Assembly: GCA_963764165.1 (NCBI GenBank)
Contig: CAVXRD010000002.1
Coordinates: 672,001-736,000, forward strand
DNA: 64,000 bases
Reading direction: 5' to 3'
DNA from: an uncultured Verrucomicrobiae bacterium
GTDB lineage: Bacteria > Verrucomicrobiota > Verrucomicrobiia > Limisphaerales > Palsa-1400
In this document: positions 57,201 through 64,000 of the stretch, one piece after another
How the letters are laid out: each line of letters starts with the position of its first letter
Numbering within the stretch: the first letter of the stretch is position 1
Translations under genes and position numbers: made by a program
Notes under the pieces: generated by a model
What the model saw: only the letters and a program-made list of their open reading frames with translations
Databases searched by the model: none
Told to the model about the DNA's origin: nothing

Positions 57201-59264
57201 TCGGTTACCGCGGACGACGGCGTTTCCCTTTCGGTCAACGGACAGCCCCTCATCCTGCAATGGCACGATAAGAAGCCAACGACTTGGAGCGCGACGATCC
57301 CGATGCAGGCGCAGCAGTACTACAATATCGTGCTGGGTCATTATCAGGATACGAACAACGAGCAGATCAGCCTCTCCTGGCAAAGCCCATCGACGCCTCT
57401 GGCGGTCGTTCCGCAATCGCAGTTGTATCCGCTGACCAACCCACCGCCTGCGGTTGCATTGACCGCGCCCGCGGCCGGCTCCACTTATACCGCCAGCGCC
57501 GCGATCACAATATCAGCCGCGGCCTCTGACCAATTCAATGAGATCGCCTCGGTCGCTTTTTACACGAATGGCTCGCTCGCGGGGGTGGTTTCCAACGCGC
57601 CCTATTCACTGACAGTCACGGACGTGCCGGCGGGCAGCTACAATCTGGTCGCCGTGGCGTCGGATACGGCGGGAATCACCAGCGCCTCCGCTCCGGTGTC
57701 GGTTACAGTCGCCGCTGGCAGTGGGGCGGGTTATGGCCTTTCCACCAACGGAGCGCTGGCCCCTTTCCTGAATCAAAACATGCCCGGCGCATTCAACGGG
57801 GTTTTCACGGGAACGATTCCGGCGGTGCTGTCGGCAACCGGCACTTACGCGGACTTGCTCAATCGCGTGCCTTCCGCCGGGCTGCTTCCGTATTCGCCAA
57901 ATACCATTCTATGGTCAGACGGCGCGACGAAAAGCCGTTACATGGCGCTTCCCAACATTGTCTCGCCGATTGTTCCATCTGAGCAAATTGGGTTTGCGCC
58001 CACAGGCCAGTGGACATTTCCGTCAGGCACCGTCTTTGTGAAGAATTTTGATCTTGTTGTCAACACGACCAATGCGAGCATCCCGCTGCGCCGCCTGGAA
58101 ACGCGGCTGCTGGTTCGTGACACCAACGGATCCGTCTACGGCGTGACCTATAAATGGCGTCCTGATAACAGCGATGCCGATCTCTTGACGAATAGTTTGA
58201 CGGAGGCTATCTCGATCACCAATGCCTCGGGTGTGACGACGCAAAATTGGTATTATCCCAGTCCCGCCGATTGCTTGACTTGTCACACTCCGGTTGCCGG
58301 ATATGTGCTTGGCGTCAACACGCGCCAGCTCAACGGCGCTAACTTCTATCCCGCGACCGGAGTTTCCGACAACCAGCTTCGAACGATGAATCATCTGGGC
58401 ATGTTCAACCCGGCTTTTGACGAAGCGGCCATTGCCGCCTACGAATACATGTCCGCCATCACCAACACCGGCGCCTCGCTTGCGCAGCGGGCCCGCTCGT
58501 ATCTGGACGCCAACTGCGCCCAATGCCACCAGCCGGGCGGAACAGGGCCGACGTTCGACGCTCGCTATGATACGCCGCTGACCAATCAAAACATCATTGG
58601 TGTCCTGGCTGCGAAGGCGAATTTTGGCTACAACAATGTCGACATCGTCTCGCCGCATGACATCTGGCGCTCGGCAATTTACCAACGCATCAACACCGTC
58701 GATCCCACCATCAAAATGCCGCCCCTGGCGCGCAATATTATTGACACAAATGCGGTGGACGTCTTCACAGACTGGATCAACAGCCTGCCGGGCACGCCGG
58801 CGGAAGCTCCTCCTGTGATTGCGCCCGCGGCCGGCGCCTACGCCGGCCCGCTCACGGTGACGATCCAGCCACCGGACGCGAATGCGACCATTTATTACAC
58901 GCTGGATGGAAGCCTTCCCACGACGAATTCCTTCGTTTATACGGGCCCGTTCGACTTGACAAACTCCGCCACCGTGAGCGCGAATGCGGCCGAGTCCGGC
59001 CTTATCACCAGCGTCGCTCCCAGCGCCACCTACAAAGTAGTCCCCGGGGTGTCTTTCGTTGAAGGCGGAGTTTTTGCGGACGGATATTTCATCATGCAGA
59101 TGGCGGGCCCCGTTGGGCAGGCTTACACCATCCAGACCTCCACGAACCTCATCAACTGGACCAGCGTCCTGAGCATCACGCCCGATTCGACTCCGTTCGT
59201 CGTGGCGGTGCCGCAGACAACCAACTCCCATGCCCGGTTTTACCGCGCGGTGCAGTCACAGTGA
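51225..59264 (+). CDS. Giant secreted multidomain protein (2 CBM-like, 2 PQQ-like propellers, chitobiase/Fn3-like, 2 PA14, Ig, diheme cytochrome c, C-terminal domain)
   Basis: Signal peptide; duplicated WIDN-ending modules; duplicated VLT.H.DNARTG...TPVIDP modules; IYYTLDGS.PT x3; CLTCH (58272) and CAQCH (58515); STNLINWT...RFYRA. Confidence 0.9.
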   Translation: MSTQRSLKSSSQSTFTAWLAAGAAALTLLSASPAGAEGLVVNSFPSAGSVIVGNSPGVDWVSYGENAVAVTWDPAQASPANPNAGAMYVTVDWPTPGSPNYTTGFNSVVFAFSTAGLAANEEFNSANLLAFDCDIKVDVANSYPATDGSYGVVELAVNPWEPLVLAAPLQATNGWQHITGYFSAIPPGLYAGAVVGLASEGTSILTNKVSYWIDNIVFSQAPISTAVIDSFDGPSTVQIGNSPGLDWDAAGTNPVAITWDPKQTSPSNPNSGSMYVTVDWPGLAGGNPVTPQAAVFSFSTASLGVNEEYYSSNFISFEFDIKVDVTNSYLATDGTYGAIELTVNPWSFLITSATLAATNGWQHFAGYFSSIPNAAYAGANIGLLSIGNSALTNKAAYWIDNVVFRRAPPSIPTHPVSVLTYHNDNARTGQMTNEIALTPISVNTNTFGLLFSHAVDGYVCASPLVMTNVTIPGKGQHNVVFVATEHDSVYAFDADNATGANASPLWSTSFLNVAGGITTVTPGAVLAGSFDAGIFLTPSTPEVGITGTPVIDPVTGTLYVEAETQELIEGIPVVFHWLHALDVGTGAEKFGGPVEISPSVSGIGDNSVGGVVSFNAANQFNGSALLLANGNVYIAFSSPDQTPPFQGWLLSYNAQTLQPTGIFNTAPNGSQAGIWMSGGGPAADAAGNIYLTTSGGTFSTNYASAKSDSLGGSFVKLETTNGLAEADYFRPYNESTLESFGASLGVTGVALLPDSAGSAAHPHLMVSAQESGTLYLVDRDSLGGYNASGDSRIPQELSTVLFTAFNGTPAYFNNQLFFQGDYNNIHSVFITNGQMVYSNQSANSFIDGGVPAVSANGNSNGIVWTVQFDNYATGGPAVLYAYNANNLSQELYDSSQAPLRDRAFPAVQFTSPTIAGGRVYVGGQYGLSVYGAGPFAELPVITPPGGVVMFTNSETVTISASTPGATLYFTLDGSTPTTNSQVYTGPFAVTNTVIVNALDYAPGYIAGAAHGPTLVNVSLEAQAPGLVIEAVYPGATRAQLESSSYTNPPAYVRHLPSFEIVETGGGNFAETLTGWFTPPQTGNYVFFVASGADADLFLSTDATSANLHLIAQETSASNTRSWLSSYGGSVVSSKRSDQFAGTAWPTGNTITLTAGVPYLMKAVHHSVPTYVSTFAATYKLAGAPDPANGTAPALTGSVLSSIAEGNAAISVSGQPQNAVIYAGDEAEFTVQATATYFADAPGGSGPPISYQWQSAPPGSTSFTNIAGATNFQFVASAPATAANGFQFQVAISAPAAPTLVSSIATLSVKPAITTPNYDSVLTWHYDNARTGQYTNETVLTLTNVNSNSFGVVATHAVDGYVYAEPLILTNVMIPGLGSRNVLFVVTDHDSVYAFDADSVATGTNAGLLWQTSFINPAAGVTIAAQADFNYDFTGPAGIIATPVIDPVSGTIYIEALTKESLPGGTNFIHRLHALDVTTGSERSNSPVVIQCTNYPGTGATGFQDNDGNGHVAWNPLLLQARPALLLAGGSVYVSFASYADVQPYHGWILGYDAATLTNTGVFNVTPNGASGGIWMSGAGLAADQYNNIYTPTGNGDFGTNYALASSYNLSESVIKLATTNGLALLDYFTPYNQAFLTSKDLDLSSDGVMLLPASAGSALYPHLMVSCAKEGKIYLLNRDSLGHYNAFNDNQIVQEVPNAVTGTWASPAYFNNMIYYQAGTLGGPPDVLKAFAITNGQITPTPVTESLTPFNFPGATPVISANGVSNAIAWVLQEESPQSSPCVLHAYNATNLSQELYNSKQADSRDLLGVPVKQTIPTVFHGKVYVGAAYSVYVLGINSFIPEPLIAPAGGLFTNSINITLSDAGTNVSIYYTLDGSKPTTNSALYSGPFVLTNTALVQAAATVNGSSYSPVASASFVNTAAAGNGTGLLGQYYAGIFPTNIPTGAPLMVRTDAVINFNWSAAPPSSALGYIDYSIFWTGMVRPQYSENYTFSVTADDGVSLSVNGQPLILQWHDKKPTTWSATIPMQAQQYYNIVLGHYQDTNNEQISLSWQSPSTPLAVVPQSQLYPLTNPPPAVALTAPAAGSTYTASAAITISAAASDQFNEIASVAFYTNGSLAGVVSNAPYSLTVTDVPAGSYNLVAVASDTAGITSASAPVSVTVAAGSGAGYGLSTNGALAPFLNQNMPGAFNGVFTGTIPAVLSATGTYADLLNRVPSAGLLPYSPNTILWSDGATKSRYMALPNIVSPIVPSEQIGFAPTGQWTFPSGTVFVKNFDLVVNTTNASIPLRRLETRLLVRDTNGSVYGVTYKWRPDNSDADLLTNSLTEAISITNASGVTTQNWYYPSPADCLTCHTPVAGYVLGVNTRQLNGANFYPATGVSDNQLRTMNHLGMFNPAFDEAAIAAYEYMSAITNTGASLAQRARSYLDANCAQCHQPGGTGPTFDARYDTPLTNQNIIGVLAAKANFGYNNVDIVSPHDIWRSAIYQRINTVDPTIKMPPLARNIIDTNAVDVFTDWINSLPGTPAEAPPVIAPAAGAYAGPLTVTIQPPDANATIYYTLDGSLPTTNSFVYTGPFDLTNSATVSANAAESGLITSVAPSATYKVVPGVSFVEGGVFADGYFIMQMAGPVGQAYTIQTSTNLINWTSVLSITPDSTPFVVAVPQTTNSHARFYRAVQSQ

Positions 59265-59301
59265 TGACCCTATCGGGTTGCAAACGGATAGACCGATCCA
59301 A

Positions 59302-60228
59302 ATGAGCGAACGCATCGCAGCCATAGTCGTCACCTACAACCGCCTGGCGGATCTCAAAATCTGCGTTGATTCACTGCGAAATCAAACGCGGCGTCCCGAC
59401 TTGATTCTGGCCGTCAACAACGGCAGCAGCGATGGAACTGAGGACTGGCTGCGGGCGCAGCCGGACGTTGAATTTGTTTCGCAGCAGAACGGCGGAAGCT
59501 CAGGCGGGCAATACACGGGAATTCGTGTTGCCTTCGAGAAGGGATTCGACTGGATGTGGTGCATGGACGATGACGGCATTCCCGCCCCCACCGCGTTGGA
59601 GGGATTGCTGAAGGCGGCCCACACCCATGGACTCGGCATGGTTGGCCCGCTGGTGGTCGAGCGCGATGCGGATTACATGGTTTTCGATCACGGGAAAACG
59701 CTGGCCGCCGCCAAAGCCGAAGCGGTGAACGGTTTGATCGATGCGCCCATTTCTTTCAATGGCGTGCTTTTTTCGGCGGATGCCGTGAGGAGGGCCGGGA
59801 ATGTGAAGAAAGAGATGTTCATCTGGGGCGATGACGTGGAATTTTATTGGCGCGTCAGAAGAGCCGGATTCAAAGCAGCGATTACCGTCATGGCGGAGCA
59901 TCGCCATCCCGCCGACCGATTGAGATCAACGAAATTCCCCGCCCTCAAGCTATCCTTCAAATGGATCGCCAACGAACAACGCCGATTGATTTATTACCGC
60001 AATATGGTATTTTTGAGCCGCACTTATGGGGACGCGCAAGAGGTGTATTGGAACAACCCGGCGCGCCTGTGCAAGGACATCGCATTGACTTCGGCTTACA
60101 TCGTCTTTTTCAACCGGTTAAATCTTGCGAGCCTGTGGCGGCTGCTGCGGTATTGCTGGGACGGGTTTACAAATCAATATTGCCTCCCGCCCAGCAAGGA
60201 TTTTCTCGAGTCGATGCTCCTGAAATAA
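59302..60228 (+). CDS. GT2 glycosyltransferase (GlfT1-like)
   Basis: VVTYNR, NNGSSDGT, WCMDDDG, FNG, FIWGDDVEF. Confidence 0.88.
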   Translation: MSERIAAIVVTYNRLADLKICVDSLRNQTRRPDLILAVNNGSSDGTEDWLRAQPDVEFVSQQNGGSSGGQYTGIRVAFEKGFDWMWCMDDDGIPAPTALEGLLKAAHTHGLGMVGPLVVERDADYMVFDHGKTLAAAKAEAVNGLIDAPISFNGVLFSADAVRRAGNVKKEMFIWGDDVEFYWRVRRAGFKAAITVMAEHRHPADRLRSTKFPALKLSFKWIANEQRRLIYYRNMVFLSRTYGDAQEVYWNNPARLCKDIALTSAYIVFFNRLNLASLWRLLRYCWDGFTNQYCLPPSKDFLESMLLK

Positions 60229-60274
60229 ATTGCCGTCTCCATGCCCAGTGCCTATAAAATAAGAATTCGATAGA

Positions 60275-61618
60275 ATGGCTGCCATCACTTCCACAAACAG
60301 TTCAAAGATCAGCCGCGGCATTGTCATTTTAATTGGTGTCCTGCTGGTGGTGCCATTTGCGACGGGCATCCTGGGCTACTACTCGCGGTTCGGGAATTTT
60401 GGGAGCGGAGCCAAAGCCTATCTGCTGCTGATGGCGGGTCTCGCCGTTGGGGTGGGCGTGATGAGGCATCCACGCCCGTCGCCCGCCATCCTGCTGTTTG
60501 TCCTGTTGCAACTGCTGCGCCTTATCGAAGCATTCTTCCGCAGCAGCGCCACTTATACAAATGCATGGGAAAGGTTGGACGTCGTGCCGGTGCAGATAGG
60601 GTCGATTGTATTTACCATCGCCGTCTTTTGCCTGGGGGGGTCCGGGGCTACGTTGCGAAAAACTGCCCTGATTGCGGCTGGATTGACCATCTTTCTTTGC
60701 ACCGTGGCCAACATGTGGCAGTGGCATGATTCGGACGCCTTTGTCAAAGAAACGCCCGGGCGTTCTGCCGGATGGCTTTGGGACGCCAACGCCAGCGCGG
60801 ATGCCATCGTGGTGATGATGGCTCTGTTTCTGGCCATATCGCCGTCGGCCTGGCTGTCCGCGGCGGTGGTTGCCGTGTCGTCTTGCGGCCTTTTTTGCAC
60901 GCTAAGCCGCAGCGGAGCCTTGGTTTTTGTCCTGACCCTTGTCACCTACTTCATTTTTGTGGGAAGCAAGAGCATCCGGCATATTTTGGTATTCAGCATC
61001 CTGGTGGTCGGATTTTGCATAGGCGGGGCTTACTATTTCGACTTCGATTACCATCCAACGCAGTCAAATTGGGTGGCTAAACAGGATGAAGGCCGCAAGA
61101 ATGCTCTTCTGGGCAAAGGCCTCTCGGAAATTGATCTGGACGGCACGGATCACCTTTATTTGATGAAGGACGCCATCGCCGGGATTAAGGCGAATCCGGT
61201 ATTGGGTTACGGAACCGGGGCTTCCGGAGGGGAGCCGTTTATGCCCCATAACGAGGTTCTGGCTGTCTGGCTGGATAATGGGATAGCCGGCCTTTTCATC
61301 TACCTGCTGGCCATCGGCTGGCTGCTCGCCGAGTGCTGGCGAAGACAGCCAAAGTTGCTGGTTGCATGCGTTCCAATCCTCGCCATTGTCCCATTCAGTC
61401 ACTCCACGCTGGAGGATCGATTTTACACATTCTGCTGGGTGGCGATTATCGGGATATGCCGGAGTTCTGAATCGCTGGCGCCAGCGGCGTTGAAAAAGGC
61501 TGTGAGCTTGAGACCGGCGCCCGTCAGCGCATTGCACGACAAAGTAGGTCATTTCTTCCAACGTTCAGGCACGAATGCCGTTGAAAATTCGCTCGCAAAA
61601 CCCGAAGTCAAACCATGA
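60275..61618 (+). CDS. O-antigen ligase/polymerase (Wzy_C) family
   Basis: Multi-TM; TLSRSG; NPVLGYGTG; PHNE. Confidence 0.85.
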   Translation: MAAITSTNSSKISRGIVILIGVLLVVPFATGILGYYSRFGNFGSGAKAYLLLMAGLAVGVGVMRHPRPSPAILLFVLLQLLRLIEAFFRSSATYTNAWERLDVVPVQIGSIVFTIAVFCLGGSGATLRKTALIAAGLTIFLCTVANMWQWHDSDAFVKETPGRSAGWLWDANASADAIVVMMALFLAISPSAWLSAAVVAVSSCGLFCTLSRSGALVFVLTLVTYFIFVGSKSIRHILVFSILVVGFCIGGAYYFDFDYHPTQSNWVAKQDEGRKNALLGKGLSEIDLDGTDHLYLMKDAIAGIKANPVLGYGTGASGGEPFMPHNEVLAVWLDNGIAGLFIYLLAIGWLLAECWRRQPKLLVACVPILAIVPFSHSTLEDRFYTFCWVAIIGICRSSESLAPAALKKAVSLRPAPVSALHDKVGHFFQRSGTNAVENSLAKPEVKP

Positions 61619-62727
61619 CCGGAAGCGTTTCGCAGCGAAGCAGCGACATCATTGCCACTTTTATTCCGACGCTCGGAGGAGCTGGCGCGGAAAAGGTCAC
61701 CCTTACGTTGACAACGGGACTCGTGGCTGCCGGCAGGAAAGTGGATTTTATCGTGGGCCATCGAACGGGGCCGTTTGTGAATTCTGTCCCCCGTGGATGC
61801 AATCTGGTGGATCTCGGTGGACGCCGCGTCCGGCAGTCCATTCTGCCATTGGCAAAGTACCTAAGAAAAGCCAAACCACGCGTCATCATTTCCCAACTGG
61901 ACTTTACAAACGCCGCAGTAGGCTTCGCTGCGCTCCTCTCCAGAACGGGCACGCCTGTTGTCTCGGTGGAGCATAACATTCCGCAGCAGATGGATCACAC
62001 ACACGGCCTGCGCCGGTGGCTGATCCGCCAAATGTATCTCAAGGCGGCCAAGGTTGTCGCGGTTTCTCAAGGCGTCGCCTCGTCCGTTGAAGAGCATTAT
62101 CGCCTGCCGCAGTCGAAAGTCAGCGTCATCCACAATGGAGTCGTCGACGAGTCGCTGGAACGAAGGGCGAAGGAGCCGGTGCCCCATCCGTGGCTCAAGG
62201 ACAATCCAACCATTCCGGTTTTCCTGACGGTCGGACGGCTGCACCATCAAAAGGCCTACGACGTCCTGCTGGATGCCATGGCGCTCGTCGTAAAACGGCG
62301 CGAAGCGCGGCTTATCCTCCTCGGACAAGGCGAATTGCTGGGGGCGCTCAACGCGCAAGTGGATCGCCTGGGCCTTCGCAACCATGTCGATTTTGGCGGA
62401 TTCCAATTAAATCCGTATCCATTTTTTCGAACTGCCTCGTGTTTCGTGCTCTCATCGAACTTCGAGGGCCTGCCAACTGTCATCATCGAGGCGCTCGCGT
62501 GCGGGTGCCCTGTTGTATCAACGGATTGCCACAGCGGGCCCGCTGATATCTTAGACCGGGAAGGCCTTGGCTTCCTTGTGCCGATGCGAAACCCCGCCGC
62601 GCTGGCCGACGCCATGTGCAAGGCGCTGGACACCAAATTCGACCGCGAAAAACTGCGGGCTCGCGCCGCTGATTTCTCGGTGGAAGCGTGCGCGAAAAAC
62701 TACCTCCGCCTCATCGATTCGCTTTGA
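61615..62727 (+). CDS. GT4 glycosyltransferase
   Basis: GAGAE, GRLHHQK, SSNFEGLPTVIIEALACG.PVVSTDC..GP. Confidence 0.93.
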   Translation: MTGSVSQRSSDIIATFIPTLGGAGAEKVTLTLTTGLVAAGRKVDFIVGHRTGPFVNSVPRGCNLVDLGGRRVRQSILPLAKYLRKAKPRVIISQLDFTNAAVGFAALLSRTGTPVVSVEHNIPQQMDHTHGLRRWLIRQMYLKAAKVVAVSQGVASSVEEHYRLPQSKVSVIHNGVVDESLERRAKEPVPHPWLKDNPTIPVFLTVGRLHHQKAYDVLLDAMALVVKRREARLILLGQGELLGALNAQVDRLGLRNHVDFGGFQLNPYPFFRTASCFVLSSNFEGLPTVIIEALACGCPVVSTDCHSGPADILDREGLGFLVPMRNPAALADAMCKALDTKFDREKLRARAADFSVEACAKNYLRLIDSL

Positions 62728-62760
62728 ACGAAGTTTTTAAATTTGTTCAGCGCCGGCGCT

Positions 62761-62789
62761 GGCCACTCACGATGTGGCCTTTTCTTTTT
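62761..62789 (+). terminator. Possible intrinsic terminator
   Basis: ggccac-tcacgat-gtggcc followed by ttttcttttt. Confidence 0.5.
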
Positions 62790-62867
62790 GCGCCTGAAAC
62801 TGGAGCGCAAAGATTCGAGATTCAAAATGTTGCCCAATGCCCGCAATTCATTCTAAATTCTTGAGAG

Positions 62868-64000
62868 ATGACTACTTCGTCTGCTAAACCAACACGAATC
62901 GCCATTTTGGGAGCCGGCGGCTTTGTCGGCGCTCGCCTGATAAAACTCGCTGAAGCCACCGGCGCGTTCGATCCGATTCCTGTTCTGCGCAGTTATCGCG
63001 GTTTATCCCGGCTTGGCACCGCTGTCCCGCGGAGCCTCGTCGTCGACACCAGCAACCTCGAAGCGCTGACCGGCGCCTTCCGCGGAGCCGACGTCGTCGT
63101 GAACCTCACGATGGGCGACGAGCTAAGAGTCCTGGAGGACACGCAACTGGTTTATAAAGCCTCCTTCCAGGCGGGTGCGCGCCAATTGATTCACATGAGT
63201 TCGGCGACTGTATTTGGACGGGTCCTGGATGCTTCGATCAACGACGATTCCCCGCCCGACGAAAACTCGTGGATGCTTTACGCGCGAGGGAAAGCGCAAT
63301 CGGAAACGTGGCTGCGGGGCCAGCAATCCAGAAAGGAAATCCAAGTCGTGACGCTGCGGCCGGGATTGATCTGGGGACCCGGATCGAATTGGTCGGAAAT
63401 GGTCGCGGACCAGTTGATCCACGGCACTGCCGTCCTGTCAAATAATGGAACCGGCATCGCCAACTTGATATTCGTCGATAATTTGGTGCGAATTATTTTG
63501 GGCGTGGCTTCCAAACTCACTGGCCCAGCGGGATTTTACAACGTGGCGGATCAAGAGACGGTCACATGGTCTGAATACTATCGCGGCCTTGCCACCCGTC
63601 TTGGCTATCCCGCGGAATCCGTGCGTTTGTGGCCGGACGGCAAACTTCGCCTGAAGGTCTCGCACGCGGTGGAATGGGCACTCCAGAACGGAACACTTTC
63701 GCAACTGGCGAAAAAGGTTTGGAAACAATGGCTCGGGTCCGAGGCCAAAGCGGTGATCAAAGACAAACTAGTCGGTGCGCCGTCCCCTCCAAGCGGCCAG
63801 CGGAGCGCGGAAGGACCGCCGAGGCTTTCGCGCGCACACTGGGTTTTGCAAAACACAGTTCACAAACTGCCGATCACCAAGATCCAGCGGGATTACGGGC
63901 CCATTCGGCTCGTGCCGTTTAGCGAAGCGCTGGACGTTACGGCGGCGGCTCTTGACTTCGCCGGATTTTCCAATCCGTCAAAAATTTCTCAACCTGTCCT
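62868..64000 (+). CDS. NAD-dependent epimerase/dehydratase (runs off window; absent from the ORF track)
   Basis: Manual translation MTTSSAKPTRIAILGAGGFVG...HMSS...YARGK...LRPGLIWGP; start, motifs and final codons are in one frame. Confidence 0.88.
   Translation, partial: MTTSSAKPTRIAILGAGGFVGARLIKLAEATGAFDPIPVLRSYRGLSRLGTAVPRSLVVDTSNLEALTGAFRGADVVVNLTMGDELRVLEDTQLVYKASFQAGARQLIHMSSATVFGRVLDASINDDSPPDENSWMLYARGKAQSETWLRGQQSRKEIQVVTLRPGLIWGPGSNWSEMVADQLIHGTAVLSNNGTGIANLIFVDNLVRIILGVASKLTGPAGFYNVADQETVTWSEYYRGLATRLGYPAESVRLWPDGKLRLKVSHAVEWALQNGTLSQLAKKVWKQWLGSEAKAVIKDKLVGAPSPPSGQRSAEGPPRLSRAHWVLQNTVHKLPITKIQRDYGPIRLVPFSEALDVTAAALDFAGFSNPSKISQPV

Overview
GC-rich bacterial chromosomal window, most likely Verrucomicrobiota (Pedosphaera-like; inferred from prepilin/H-X9-DG proteins and TN-rich secreted proteins). 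It holds housekeeping genes (rnhB, tyrS, purM, pgl, argG, tatD), an ECF sigma/anti-sigma pair, a UbiA-DprE1-DprE2-like polyprenyl-phospho-arabinose cassette, and a sigma54-type flagellar basal-body/export operon (flgB to flhF). That operon has no stator, filament, L/P-ring or chemotaxis genes inside the window. Also present: two prepilin-like genes each next to a secreted protein with a shared C-terminal domain, kynU with a hydrolase, two decayed vapBC loci, and a Wzx/Wzy polysaccharide cluster containing a ~2680-aa propeller/PA14/diheme-cytochrome protein. The most intriguing signal is non-coding. A GxxExxY (PD-(D/E)XK-like) nuclease gene is bracketed by two copies of a ~90-bp palindrome whose arms are three ~9-nt units, and related gene-less palindromes occur elsewhere in the window, suggesting a RAYT/REP-like nuclease-repeat system. 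Further REP-like doublets and MITEs nest inside one another, and REP-like arms sit in frame within fliP. No rRNA, tRNA or CRISPR array was seen. All calls come from manual reading; no searches were run.
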